Shown here in pieces: positions 1 to 27,225 of a stretch of 64,000 bases of DNA; position 1 is the first letter of the stretch, and every line of letters starts with the position of its first letter. Source of the stretch: Gordius albopunctatus (Eukaryota); assembly GCA_964276515.1 (NCBI GenBank), contig OZ193909.1, forward strand, positions 21,080,001 through 21,144,000, read 5' to 3'. The notes below the pieces were generated by a model. That model saw nothing but the letters and a program-made list of their open reading frames with translations. It ran no database searches and was not told the origin of the DNA. Both the position numbers and the translations under genes were made by a program.

Positions 1-692
1 GCTAAACTCTTATAGCTCAAAATTGAGAGTGAATAAACCACAAAGGCTGCCTGTAATTGAGGCTTTTGCATTGACGTAGCCGGGGGGGGGGGAGGCGGTT
101 GCCACCCTCTAAATCCAAAATTTTGTTGAAATTTATTAAAATTTAAAAAAATATTCATTTTGCCGCCCCCCTATAATTGCAATGATGGCTACACCCATGA
201 GGTTTTGTTAAACATATGTGATTACTTCTTCAGACGTTACCAGATGTACTTCTTCTTAATGGGGTATTTTGCGGGGGGGGGGGGAAACAAATGAACGTCT
301 TAATAAGCGCGTCACTTCATTCTTGAAGCATTACCTCACTTTAAATCTATGAGACGCGCGTATTCAAACAAAATAGTATACAACTATATTCGAATGATAT
401 AACAAATGTACAATTTGAGGAAATTTAGTTGTTATAGCTTCTCGTCGCGACACTATTTATAGCTGATTTACATATTCGACGGATAGATAAAGCTTATTTT
501 AAAGGCTATCATGAAATTACGCTCTCAAAATAAATTACTCCCTTAAACTCTGATTTTTTCCTCCTTTTTGTTATATTTAATGAGGAATACATTAAATTTT
601 GCGTCATATCAATGAAAGTTGCATTCTATGTTTTTGGGCAAAAAAAGTTTGGACAATCGGAAATTATATTTGATATCGAAGCAAGCCCTTAC

Positions 693-15164
<14,472 letters not shown>

Positions 15165-15471
15165 TTACAAATTGACAAAAATATACACGATAATTTAGAT
15201 TTCATATGATTTAAAAATAAATAGAATAATTACTTCTATAAATCGTTGTAATGAGGTCATATGATAGGAATACAACAAGGAAACCATTTTCCACCAATTC
15301 AAAATCAAATTACAATTGAAGGTAAACCCTTCCCAAGGAAAACTAATTAAAGCGCCCTATTTTAAAATTTATTCAATTTAGTTGTAACAAAAACTGCTTA
15401 AAGGAATGCCTTAGCTAGCATTTTTCTTCTTTTTTTGGTAATATTTTATTAAAGGAATTAAAAATCCTTTA

Positions 15472-16835
15472 TGTTTAAAGGCTGTATTTTTATTCACATA
15501 AACTACTAGGACTGGGATACAATAATCGCAAATTGACCCTGAACGTGTATATCCAACGCATATGTAAGTTACAACCAATTAACGATAATTTGATCTATAA
15601 CACGCAGGTGAAAAACGTATCCCCGGAGGCACTTCGCACTCCTATTACCTCTCTACAGTTCCCCCTTTTTCACAGACAAAATCCTAAAGGTATGCTGGCG
15701 GTTTCCGACTACGCTGTGGGTATCTCGGTTCTTCCCTAGGCGTTCCTGACTGGTTTAAATTTTTTCCCTTGTAGAACTTGTTCTCTCTTCCTTTTCTGAT
15801 GATATTCTTTGTGGCCACCCGTTCTCTTGTCCCAGAGTGGTCCAATCCAGGATTCTCCTTTTCCTTACTTGATCCAGGTATCGGTGGTGCTTTCTTTCCT
15901 GTGCCCATACATCGTAGGAACGACTCCCGTGTTTGGCTTTTATCGTGCCTTCTGCCCATTTGCTTGGACCCAAAAACATGCGTACCCAAACCAAGTCTCC
16001 TACGTTGAACATTCGCGGGTTTCCGATCTCTGCCCATTGTTATGGTACGGTTTCCCTCAATACCTCCCATTCGGTTCGCATACGCCTTTTTAACATCATC
16101 TCTGCCGGTCTTTTATTGGTTGTGGGGTGTTTTATAGATCTGTAGTTTTCCAAAAATCTACTTAGCCCTACTTCCGACTCGTTCCTAGTGATGGCTTCTT
16201 TCATTAATCGTACGTATCTTTCTGCCAAACCGTTCGACGCGGGATGTTAAGGGGCTATCTATCGCTGATTGATCCTTCTCATCTTGCAAAAGTTCTGTAA
16301 ATCCTGCCCTTTTAATTGTGGACCGTTATCTGATATTAACCGTGATGAATTTCCAAATCTAGCAAACGTTTCGGCGAGTTTTTTTATAATGGTTGTCGAT
16401 GTGGTGTCTTCTAATTTAAACACCTCTATCCATTTCGAGCTATTGTCCACCATCACGAGGTATGACTTACCCTTGAAAGGACCCATGATATCGATATGTA
16501 CTTGGACCCATGGTTTATGGCTAGGTTGACACTCTATCAACGGTGTCTTCTTCGCCGCCGTGGCCGTGTAATTGCAATTCCGGCACCCTTTTGCTACGCT
16601 CAATAAGTCATCGTCAAGAGTAGGCCACCATATATACTCACGACGCCACTGTTGAAAGGCTTTATTTTTATCCACATAAACTATTAGGACTGGGATACAA
16701 TAATCGCAAAGTGACCTCGAACGTGTATATCCAACGCATATATAAGTTACAACCAATTAACGATAATTTAATCGACAACACGCAGGTAAACAACGTATCC
16801 CCGGAGGCACTTCGCACTCCTATTACCTCTCTACA
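15472..16835 (-). mobile_element. Internally deleted Gypsy (Mag-like) LTR element retaining only integrase
   Basis: LTRs 16835-16650 and 15657-15472 (TG...CA), TSD CTTTA (15467-15471 / 16836-16840), PBS TGGCGTCGTGAG, polypurine tract, broken integrase (HIDIMGP, SDNGPQ, AERYVR). Confidence 0.92.
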
Positions 16836-17289
16836 CTTTACCTAACTTGAGATTAGGAAGGTGAGATTGATAGTAGAAAGGAAGGGTGAGAGGCGTAGCA
16901 GTAGTAATTAATTATATTACGCCACTACTCATACACACACCACACATCATCAATTACTTACATTCTAAAGATATAGTGTCATATAAGCATATAACCCAAT
17001 AAGATAGAGAGGGAGGAAGGCTCAAAGACTGCCTCGATTTCTCATAGGCAATAATCGCATTTTTGATATATATGAAAAAGTAATAAAAAAGGAAAAAAAT
17101 CATTTCTTAATGTTTTACTCTAAGTTGGTTCTACTACTTAGAGGTTTAAAATTTTTATTTTAGCAATTCAATTTAGCCCCATAGTACCTCAAAAAGGGCC
17201 AAAAACGGTCATTTTCGCAAATCTCACGTATGGTAAAAAAACGTAAAACATAGTGTGTAATCACAAATAACTCTAACAGAATATTTTGA

Positions 17290-17900
17290 CCGTTTCCCGG
17301 TTGATTTCTTTAGCCTATTTTTTGTTTCCTATTCCTTGTATTTCCTTTTCCAATCAATCGAGGAATATTTCTTTCTCTGAATATCCAATTTGGAGAGCAT
17401 GCGCGCACATAGTGGGTAGAAGGCACCCTTGATCAGCAATCTTCACCCACATAAACTGTCGGCACAGAGCCTGACTTCCACCAACTTGTCCTTAAACGCT
17501 TCGCTTTAAACGATACCGACCCTCTTTCTACGATTCGGTGACCCACTTTAAAATAATTTGTATCTTTTATCTCGATCTTTGGTTCCATATCACCTCGTAT
17601 TTTGTAGACAGGTCGCAGGTGATGTGTACCTCTCTTCTTTTTAGCATTTGTGCCACCTCGATGCTCTTTTCCGTCAGGGTTCCCATTCTAGGACGTTAAT
17701 TGCATTCTTCCAACAACTAATTTCCTAACCGATTTTGTTGTGAGTCGAACATTTATCCTAGTGAATTTTACGTTGCACGGGCTTGATTTTTAGTGCGGGT
17801 CGTTTGTGGACAACGCCTTATCTGTTGTAAAATTTTGTTTAAAACTATCATAATTTTTTAATTTTTAAAGCCGATTTCCAACATGACGCCAACCCTCCTT
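17290..17900 (-). mobile_element. RTE LINE 5' fragment (UTR and degenerate endonuclease)
   Basis: Reverse complement resembles 39850-40500 (GAGGTGGCACAAATGCTAAAAAGAAG, GATCAAGGG...GCGCGCATGCTCTCCAAATTGGAT). Confidence 0.75.
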
Positions 17901-18153
17901 ACTTTAAACACATAATTTGGATGCTGGTTGGTTAATAGACTACCGTTTCGGTTGGTCGCTGTATAATATCGTTCTTGACTAATAAAATAAAGTACTTCTA
18001 CTTCCTTCTAATAGTTCTTTTTATTCCACACTTTAAACACAGAATTTGGATGGTGGTTAGGTAATAGACTACCGTTTAGGTTGGTCCCTGTATAATATCG
18101 TTCTTGACTAATAAAATAAAGTACTTCTACTTCCTTCTAATAGTTCTTTTTAT
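17901..18153. repeat. Tandem duplication of a ~125-bp unit
   Basis: ACTTTAAACACA...TAGTTCTTTTTAT at 17901-18024 and 18030-18153. Confidence 0.85.
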
Positions 18154-18598
18154 ATTTAACAATCGTCGATAACAAATGAGACAAAAAAGTGCGATTTAGC
18201 CTTTGTTTAGTTACATGCAAACGGTTAAAGTGGAGTTTCCATAAATTAATCACACGCCACGACTTCATTCGATTCCTTTTCTTAGAAGATCGCGCGCTAT
18301 GACGTCAATCGATATTCCTTCCTCGAAACCAATCTCTATTCTTATATATTCTCAGAAAATAATCGATCTTCATAGAAGCTTATCGATTATTTAAGATTTA
18401 GCAAGAAAACTATCGAATTTCTCCTAAAAACTAAAATGTTCAAGAAATAATGATTATTGATTTTTCCCGACGCTATATAAACTTCTTAGACATACATATA
18501 CACACAGTTTTGTCATTTTTATACTCCTGATTATAAATGTTCGGCGTTTAATAAATTTATAACAACTATTTATTAAACAATTAATATATCAACAACGG

Positions 18599-19686
18599 TA
18601 GAGTTGTTAAATTGCTAACTTTAGCAATGCTAACTATGTGCTATGCTCGAGCACGAACACTAGCTGTGTAATATACTAGGTTAGCAAAATGAGTGCTAGT
18701 TGTTATCAGTAGCACGTAAAAATGCTCGAGAGGTTAGTCGAAGCAGCCCAATCCATAAATAAGTGACAAGCACATACCACTCAAATTGAAAGGACGGTTA
18801 TATAACACCGTTATTGTACCCACGGTATTGTATGGAGCGGAAACCTGGGCAATTAAGGCAAAGGAGGAGCAAAGCTTGGCTACAATGGAGATGCGAATGT
18901 TGAGATGGATCTTGGGAATAAGCAAAAAAGACCATATAAGGAATCAGGACATAAGGGATAAACTAAATGTAGTTCCGTCCGTTTCAGAGAAAGTTGGTGG
19001 TAAGAAGATTGAGATGATATGGCCATTTGGAGAGACGGGAGGAAATTCACTTGGCAAATCGTATCAAGAAAGTGCAAGTCGAAGGTAAGCGAAAGAAAGG
19101 GAGGCCTAAACTGACATGGAAGCATAAAATTGATATAGACTTAAAAATGTACAAGCTAAAGCGAAGCTGGTTTAAGTGCAGGAATACATGGAGAACCTAC
19201 TTGAAGGAGCTGACCACTAAATGTGATTAACATCTATAGGAAAAAAATATAAAAAAATATACCATAAATAAATTAAGAACTTTGCCCCCCCCTTTCCTCC
19301 CCCTGGTGAGAAAAATGGTAAAAAATAGGGGGGGGGGGCAAAACACCCTCATCCCCCCTGGTGAGAAAGAGGGTAAAAAATAGGGGGGGGGGGGCAAAGT
19401 TCTTAATTTATTTATGATATATAATATGAGCAAATATTGTAAGTTACTAAATTTTAACAAATATCAATTCAATCTACTATCTGCTCGAATTTATTGCTCG
19501 AGCTTCTGCTAAATTTTTTAACAGATTGGGTTGGGCTGCCTCGACTAACCTCTCGAGCATTTTTACGTGCTACTGTTAAAACTATTGCACCGAAAAGCTA
19601 GCACTCATTTTGCTAAACTAGCATATTACATAGTTAGTGTTCGTGCTCGCGTTTTTAGTTGAAGCTACTTAGCAATTTAACAACTA
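18599..19686. mobile_element. hAT-type MITE carrying a nested RTE 3' fragment
   Basis: Ends TAGAGTTGTTAAATTGCTAA / TTAGCAATTTAACAACTA with ~150-bp imperfect inverted arms; 8-bp TSD AACAACGG / TACAACGG; partial copy at ~55458-55758. Confidence 0.75.
18755..19230 (+). mobile_element. RTE LINE 3' fragment
   Basis: LKGRLYNTVIVPTVLYGAETWA..EMRMLRWILG..DHIRN; GKRKKGRPKLTW; frameshifted. Confidence 0.88.
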
Positions 19687-19730
19687 TACAACGGTAAAAA
19701 CGCTATGTTTTGGGTAAGAATCGTCAAAAT

Positions 19731-20227
19731 ATGGCCAATCTTTTCAAAAGGGTAAGGTATGGATACACTTTTTTTAAATTATTTTAGTCTACCGGTTTAA
19801 CAGGCTTAGCAGTTTCCAAGCATCCACATTTAGTAAGATAATACATACCTCTAATTTTATTATTAAGACCCTAGAAAATGCATATGCCAAAATTTTGTAT
19901 GCACTGACTTTTATACCAAAAACTGCGGCATATAGAAAATATACAGAGAAGTTAATTGAAGAAAAATTAGCCATTGTCAAAAACGTAATTAACTCTATTT
20001 TAAGATATAATCTAGTAGGAGCCAATAATATCGAGATTAGAAAATAAATTAGGTGGGGATCAGGTTGAGGAACTCATTGAGCAAGTATTTTATGTGTCTA
20101 TTAACTACTTTTATTCTTGTAGGCAGAAAATGAATTACGGTTAGTGAAGAAAATGACACTATGGAAACCATGGAAAGAATTGGTGGAAGAAGCTCCAAGA
20201 AAGCAATGGAAATGGCCTCTTGATTAA
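19731..20227 (+). CDS. NDUFA5: NADH dehydrogenase (ubiquinone) 1 alpha subcomplex subunit 5, 117 aa, 5 exons
   Basis: Exons 19731-19751, 19788-19832, 19868-19984, 20019-20084, 20123-20227 give [132 protein letters not shown] and QWKWP are NDUFA5 hallmarks. Confidence 0.95.
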
Positions 20228-21075
20228 ATAACATGTAGCTACATAGCAAATTGATTAAAATATGATATTTTTAAATGGAATTTATACATTATAACCATTA
20301 TAAATGTTTGAATCATTTTTTAGTAATTTATTATATTTTGTTGCCTATAGTATAGACTATAACCACGTTAAACCTAAATATTTTTAAATTTTCAGTCATT
20401 AATTTAAATCATACTTGTAGTACATTTGTGTTTAATTATATGTTATACACTAATAAATAATTAACTTTTAATATTAACTTAGATATTAAAAAATATTATT
20501 CTATACAAGTTATATATTTCCTTATAATTAGTATTATCTGAATTTTAAGTTTATTCAATAATTTTCATCTCACATAAATCTGAGTTAATATTATCTATAA
20601 GAAATATTTTGATATTTACTTTTTGCCTTTTATTCCTAAATATTAAAATGTCATTACCATGGCACATATCATTTCAATTCCCAACATTTCATTTTTTGAT
20701 GTTTGAAATTCTTGGGATATCAATTAAGTGTTTAATACAATACAATTTTTGAAAAAGAAGCTAATTTTAGTCATTTAAAATTTAATCTACACGAATTTGT
20801 ATAGCTTCGTTCAGAAGATTGTAATTTTCTAGCTTTATAATCATAGGCGTAATAATATTACATAATTTTAAATGTTTAGAACAATTTATTAAAAGTTTAG
20901 TATGCAAGGAAAGTGTTTAATACATTTCAGAAAATTTCTTAACCTAATTGCATTATTATACTTATAAATATTAGCTTTTTCTTCATTTATGGATATTAAC
21001 AAAATTTATAGCTATTAATTGACATCGCCATAATTTCAAACGGCTTTACATGAGATTTTTTTGTTTATCAGATAC

Positions 21076-24000
21076 TGTAGAGAGGTAATAGGAGTGCTAA
21101 GTGCCTCCGGGAATATTTTATGTACCTGTGTGTTGTCGTTATTTACCTAAGTGTTGTCAATCAAATTATCATTAATTAGTTGTAACTTATATATGCGTTG
21201 GATATACACGTCTTACCAGACTTACTATTGTGATATCTTTGCGTACAGTGTTTTGGAGATTATTCCCCCAGTCTTAACAGTGGCATCGTGAAACCTACGC
21301 GGAGATGCAGAAATATAAAACAACGGCGAACATCGACGCTTTTATAACACAATTTGAGCTATTCCTAAGGAGCAATAAGACTGAGACGATTTATACTAAA
21401 CCGGTCTAATGCTCAAGTAATCTAATGCACAAAAATTGTAATTTAAACATTATTAGATAAGTATATCTCTAACCCTAACCCTATAAAGTATTGTAAATGC
21501 ATATTAACTTATTATAAAGCATTTAATCTAACCTGTGAAAGAAAATAATAAAAAATTTGATTTCATATATTATATGCTTAATATGAAAGAAAATATATAT
21601 TCAGCAATAAAAAAGCTAATCTTCATATATTATATGCTTAATATATGTTTTTGCAACCTTTTAAAGCGTTTTTAACATTATTAAATATAAAATTAGTTAG
21701 TTATAAGCATTCTTTGCAAATTTTAGATTACTTGAGCATTAGATCACTTGAGCAAATACGGACGGAGACAGATGAGCAAAAAGCAGCTCTATTATTAACC
21801 AGCCTGGATGGGGAGGCATTTCAATTGATACTAGAGGATTATAGACCTCGAGAGTTGACAGGAATTACATATGAAGAAGCCAAGAATCGGTTAAGGAAAT
21901 TATTCCAGAGGAATTCATGCGCGAGGGCAAAGAGGTACGAATTCTCAAAGCTCCGACAAGGCCAGGGAGAGACGATAGACGCGTACGCTAATAGACTCAA
22001 GGCCGGGGCTAATAGCTGCAACTTCGGAAATGAAGAAGTGCAGAGCAGAATTGTCGACCAATTCATTTAGGTTTGCGCGATAGAAGCTTACAGGCGAGAC
22101 TGTTGGCAGAAAATGACATCAAATGGGACCGCCTACGAGAGCTGGCATTAACGGCCGAGACGATAAATGGGGGGCTAAGCACCTTGCAGGACGGGGTCGA
22201 AGAGGCGTGGAGCGTAGTGGCGAGACGAGAAGCGTGGCCTGGGCCGGTCCGGATTCCCAGGTTAAACCATGCTTTAGATGTGTTAACAGTTGATATATAT
22301 ATTAATAACGAATTGTTCCAATTCATCGTCGATACCGGCGCTACGGTTTCGATATTACCGGCGCGAAGATGGGCGAAGGAGATCCCACGCAACAAAGAGG
22401 CCGTCCCGACGGTGTACGCCTACGGCCACGGGGAAATAAAGATCGTAGCCAAGGTACAAGCCGATGTCCGAATGGAGAACACGAGGAAACAGCTGTCGTT
22501 ATTATTAGCAGATGTAGCGGGGTCGCCGTTGTGCGGGATAGATTGGATCCAAGAATTCGAGCCCGAAATCTGGCATCGGATACGTTGGAACTCGATAGCT
22601 GCGGCGGAACGGTTCGCGGTCAATTACGTGGAAAGACCGAAGAATACCAAATCCGCGATCCAGCACGTGATGAAGCAATGGGATGGCACACTAAACGAAT
22701 GCCCAAAAGCAGTCAAGGGAATAACGGTGGAAGTGCCGTTAAAAGAGGGCATAGAGTCAGTATTTATCCCCGCACGAAGGGTACCGATGGCACGGAAGAA
22801 AGAAGTAGAAGAAGAGCTGAATAAATGGGTCAAAGACGGGGTGATAGAACCAATCGATTTCTCAAGATGGGCCAGCCCAGTGGTACACGTGAAAAAAAGC
22901 GATGGGACTCTGCGATTGTGTATAGACTACCGGTTTACGATAAATAAATACGCACAAGGGTTGCTGTAACCCTTACCCAAAATCGACGATTTGTTAAATA
23001 AACTCGATAACGCGTGTTATTTTACGAAGCTGGACCTTACGAAAGCGTACTTACAGCTGGAATTAGTACCAGAGACGAGCCAACGGTTGACGATCTCGAC
23101 TCACAAGGACTTATTCAAAGTTAACCGGATGCCGTTTGGCTTAAATTGTGCCACGGCTATTTTCCAAAAAACAATGGACCAAATATTAGGAGGCATGGAG
23201 GGGGTAGCGGTATATATCGATGACATACTAATTGCAGGGGAAACGGAAGAAATTCACAACGAGCGGTTACTCAAAGTACTAAAAACGTTACAAAAGTGGG
23301 GGTTCGTGCCAAACATTGCCAAGAGCAACTTGTGGGCCAAGGAAGTAACCTTTTTGGGATACGTAATAAGTAACAAGGGGATTCAAATCAACGACAATAA
23401 AGCCGAGATAGTCAAGCAGTGGGAAAAATTTAACAAACAAAAATGAAATAAAATCCTTCCTTGGGTTAACAGCATACTTTGCAGAGTTCATTAAGTACTA
23501 CGCCAAAATCATACACCCGATTCAGAAACTAATGGAAAAAAATGTGGTGTACCACTGGGGTGGAGAACAACAAGGCGCGTTTGAAGCTATCAAATCCACC
23601 CTTACGAAAGCCCCCGTACTGGCGTACTTTAATGGAGATTGGGAGACTGGCCTGGTTGTAGACGCCTCTAGTACAGGGTTAGGAGCCATCTTACAGCGAC
23701 GAGCACCAGGAGAGAATTGGAGGGTGGTGGCCTATGCGTCAAGAGCGTTAAACAATAGCGAAAGCCGGTATGCTACGATCGAACGAGAGGCCCTGGCGGT
23801 GGTGTATGGACTAAAAAAGTTCAATGAATATATACAAGGACGAAGCGTTACTATTATGACGGATCATAGACCGCTAGTATATATATTTGATCAGAGCAAA
23901 AAGGGCAACGAACAATGGTCACCTCTTCTAACTAGGTTGGCGCTCATGGTATCAGGCTACACGACCAAGTTTGAGTACAATAAGGGAGCCGAAAACGCGG

Positions 24001-25540
24001 CAGATTTCTTGTCCAGGAAACCGAACGAACACGCGTATCAGGTTACCGAGTAAATGCTAGAAGACACGACGAATGCGTTTATATCATTGGATATAGTAAG
24101 ACAACACACCTTGGAAGATCCGGGGCTACGTCAATTAAAAGAGTGGATCAGAGGTAAACAAAACACAATGATCACGTATGGTCTAAAACGCTCCTACGAA
24201 AAACACCTGCCAAAGACATGAAGCCAATAACATAATATTTTACAAAGGCAACGAATATTAATTCCGGCTAAGTTACGAGGAGCGGTGCTCCAAAGACTAC
24301 ATAAGGGCCACGTGGGGATCAAACGAATGCAAGAAGTGGCGTGGCAGTATATATGATGGCCTACGCTCGACGATGACTTAGTTATGGTAGCGAAAGGGTG
24401 CCGGAATTGCAATTGCACGGCCGCGGCGGCGAAGAAGGCACCGTTGATAGAGTGTCAACCTAGCCATAAACCATGGGTCCAAGTACATATCGATATCATG
24501 GGTCCTCTCAAGGGTAAGTCATACCTGGTGATGGTGGGCAATAGCTCAAAATGGGTAGAGGTGTTTAAATTAGAAGACACCACATCGACAACCATTATAA
24601 AAGAACTGGCAGAAACGTTTGCCAGATTTGGAAATCCACCATGGTTAATATCAGATAACGGTCCACAATTCAAAGGGCAGCAATTACAGAATTTTTGCAA
24701 GATGAGAGGGATTAATCAGCGATGGACAGTCCCTTACCATCATGCGTTGAACGGTTTGGCAGAAAGGTATGTACGATCAATTAAAGAAGCCATCGTTAGG
24801 AACGAGTCGGAAGTAGGGCTAAGTAGATTTTTGGAAAATACAGATCTACAAAACACCCCGCAACCAATAAATCCCCGGCAGAGGTGATGCTAAAAAGGCG
24901 TATGCGATCCGAATGGGAGGTATTGAGGGAAACCGTACCACAAAAATGGGTAGAGACCGGTAACCCGCGAATGTTCAACGTAGGAGACTTGGTTTAGGTA
25001 CGCATGTTTTTGGGTCTAACAAATGGGTAGAAGGCACGATAAAAGCCAAGCGCGGTAGTCGTTCCTACGATGTATGGGCACAGGGAAGAAAGCACCACCG
25101 ACACGTGGATCAAGTAAGGAAACGAAAAATCCTGGATTGGAGCACTCTGGGGCAAGAGAACGGGTGGCCACAAAGAATAGCATCAGAAATGGAAGAGGAA
25201 ACAAATGCCCCGAGGGAACAAATTCAAAACGAGTCAGGAACGCCTAGGAAAGAACCTAGATACCCACAGTGTAGTCGGAAACCGTCAGCATTCCTTAAGG
25301 ATTTTGTCTGTGAAAAGGGGGGAACTGTAGAGAGGTAATAGGAGTGCGAAGTGCCTCCGGGAATATGTCATGTACCTGTGTGTTGTCGTTATTTACCTGT
25401 GTGTTGTCAATCAAATTATCATTAGTTATTTGTAACTTATATATGCGTTGGATATACACGTCTTACCAGATTTAATATTTTCTTACTATTGTGATATCCG
25501 TGCGTAACGTGTTTTGGAGATTATTTCCCCGCTCTTAACA
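21076..25540 (+). mobile_element. Full-length degenerate Gypsy (Mag-like) LTR retrotransposon
   Basis: LTRs 21076-21279 and 25326-25540, TSD GATAC, PBS TGGCATCGTGA, polypurine tract GAAAAGGGGGGAAC. gag from ATG 21305, then protease (VDTGA), RT (YIDD), RNase H (VDAS..EREAL..TDH) and integrase, in Gypsy order; several stops and frameshifts. Confidence 0.95.
21387..21760. mobile_element. Unclassified MITE inserted in gag
   Basis: Inverted TCTAATGCTCAAGTAATCTAA motifs near both ends; flanking GACTGAGA / GACGGAGA. Removing it restores gag in frame (FLRSNKTETDEQKAALL). Confidence 0.78.
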
Positions 25541-25814
25541 GATACATTTTCTGTATAAATATTAATGAAATTCAATTTTTTTTTATTATTATAGATAATA
25601 GGAAAACATTGAGACATTTCAATTGAATTATAATTACAAATAGTAATGCCGATATTCTGTAATATATGAAAATTGGCAATTATCATGGGATAGTAGAGAA
25701 AATTGTTTTCCTATTTTTTAAACAATTTCTAAGGCTTGGGGACCAAAGGTTGCTAGAGTTGTTGCGCTATGGGACGAATAACACAGGACAAAAAACTATC
25801 CTGCATTCGGATTT

Positions 25815-27060
25815 CTAATTCTGATAGAGAATTTCGAGTTAAACAATAATCAGTTTTCAGTTTTTTTCCAAAACTTTCGATATTTTAGATAAACTAGGTT
25901 GAAGGTGCAAAAAATGCCCATTTTAACATTTTTTGAGGCTATTTACGCAATTTTTAGCTTATACCGAAAAATATTAATTTATTATTCTAGATTAAAGTGT
26001 TTCATATTAACCATTATTTTAGTTTTTTGCTTCATCTCTATATTTAAATATATTCGCGTTTACGTGAACCCCTTCCCCTTATTAAAATTCGTCTCACTAT
26101 GGTTGAAAACCGGAGTACTGAATTGAGAAGTAATAACCATGAACCTGATTCTCCCAAATAATTGGCAAAGCTAAGAAATTGGGCCTTGCTAAGGAAACAT
26201 TAAAGACAAAACAATCCGAACAGGTATTTTCCGTATAATTTATGGCAAAGTTTGTTTACAATTACATTATAAAAGAAATGAAATAGATTGTTTTGAATTT
26301 TTAGATGCTATTATTTATATAAAATTGTAAACCAATAAACTCAATTAAGACTGCATTAATAAGTTTGTAGATAATGAAAAAGTTAATATCTGTAAAATAT
26401 ATTTAAATTGTAATAATTTTAAACATTAGTGTTTATTAATTACAGGCCTCTTAAAAAATTTGAGATAGATACTAGATTGAATTTATTCATTTAGCATAGA
26501 GTTAAAATATAATCCTTATTTACTGAAAAATCTCAAATGTATAAATTATAACAAATTAAATATGATTCCTACAAAAGTAAATTTTTAAATTAATGATTGA
26601 AAGTACATAATATTATTGGGGATGTGATGAAACTTTAAAACTAAAAAACATATCGAAATTTGAAAATCGTAGCAATAGAATTATCGTAGTTTTGGGATTC
26701 TGCATTTTCGGGATTTAGCCTAAATCATCCCCGTATGAAGTGTGTATTCGATTTAACTCCTTTTACCAAAAATAGCGGGACGAATTTTGATATGGCAAGG
26801 GGTTCATGTAAACGCCAATAATTTAAATAGAGAGGTGAAACAAAAAACTAAAATGATGGATCCATATATAAAACTTTAATCTACAGGAATAAATTAATAT
26901 TTTTTAGTGTAAATTAGAAACCACGCTGCAATATAGCCTCAAAAAAGGTTAAAATTTGCATTTTGTGCACCTTCAGCCTCGTTTATCTAAAAAACTGGAT
27001 GTTTGGGAAAAAACATATTATTATTATTATTATTCAACGCAAAATTCTCTATCAGAATTA
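25815..27060. repeat. Old long-TIR non-autonomous DNA element
   Basis: ~25815-26125 is an imperfect reverse complement of ~26745-27060; true termini not resolved. Confidence 0.6.
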
Positions 27061-27225
27061 TTGGTCTGTTACGTGGAATTACAAAGTGAATATTTGTAAA
27101 CCTGTGTTATTATGGGCTTTTAAAGTTCCAAATCTTGAAAATTTTAGTACCTCGGCCGAAGAGAGAATTTTTGTTTTGGTTAGATGGGGCGAATACAGCG
27201 GTTGAGGCATAGTTTCAGGCCAAAT

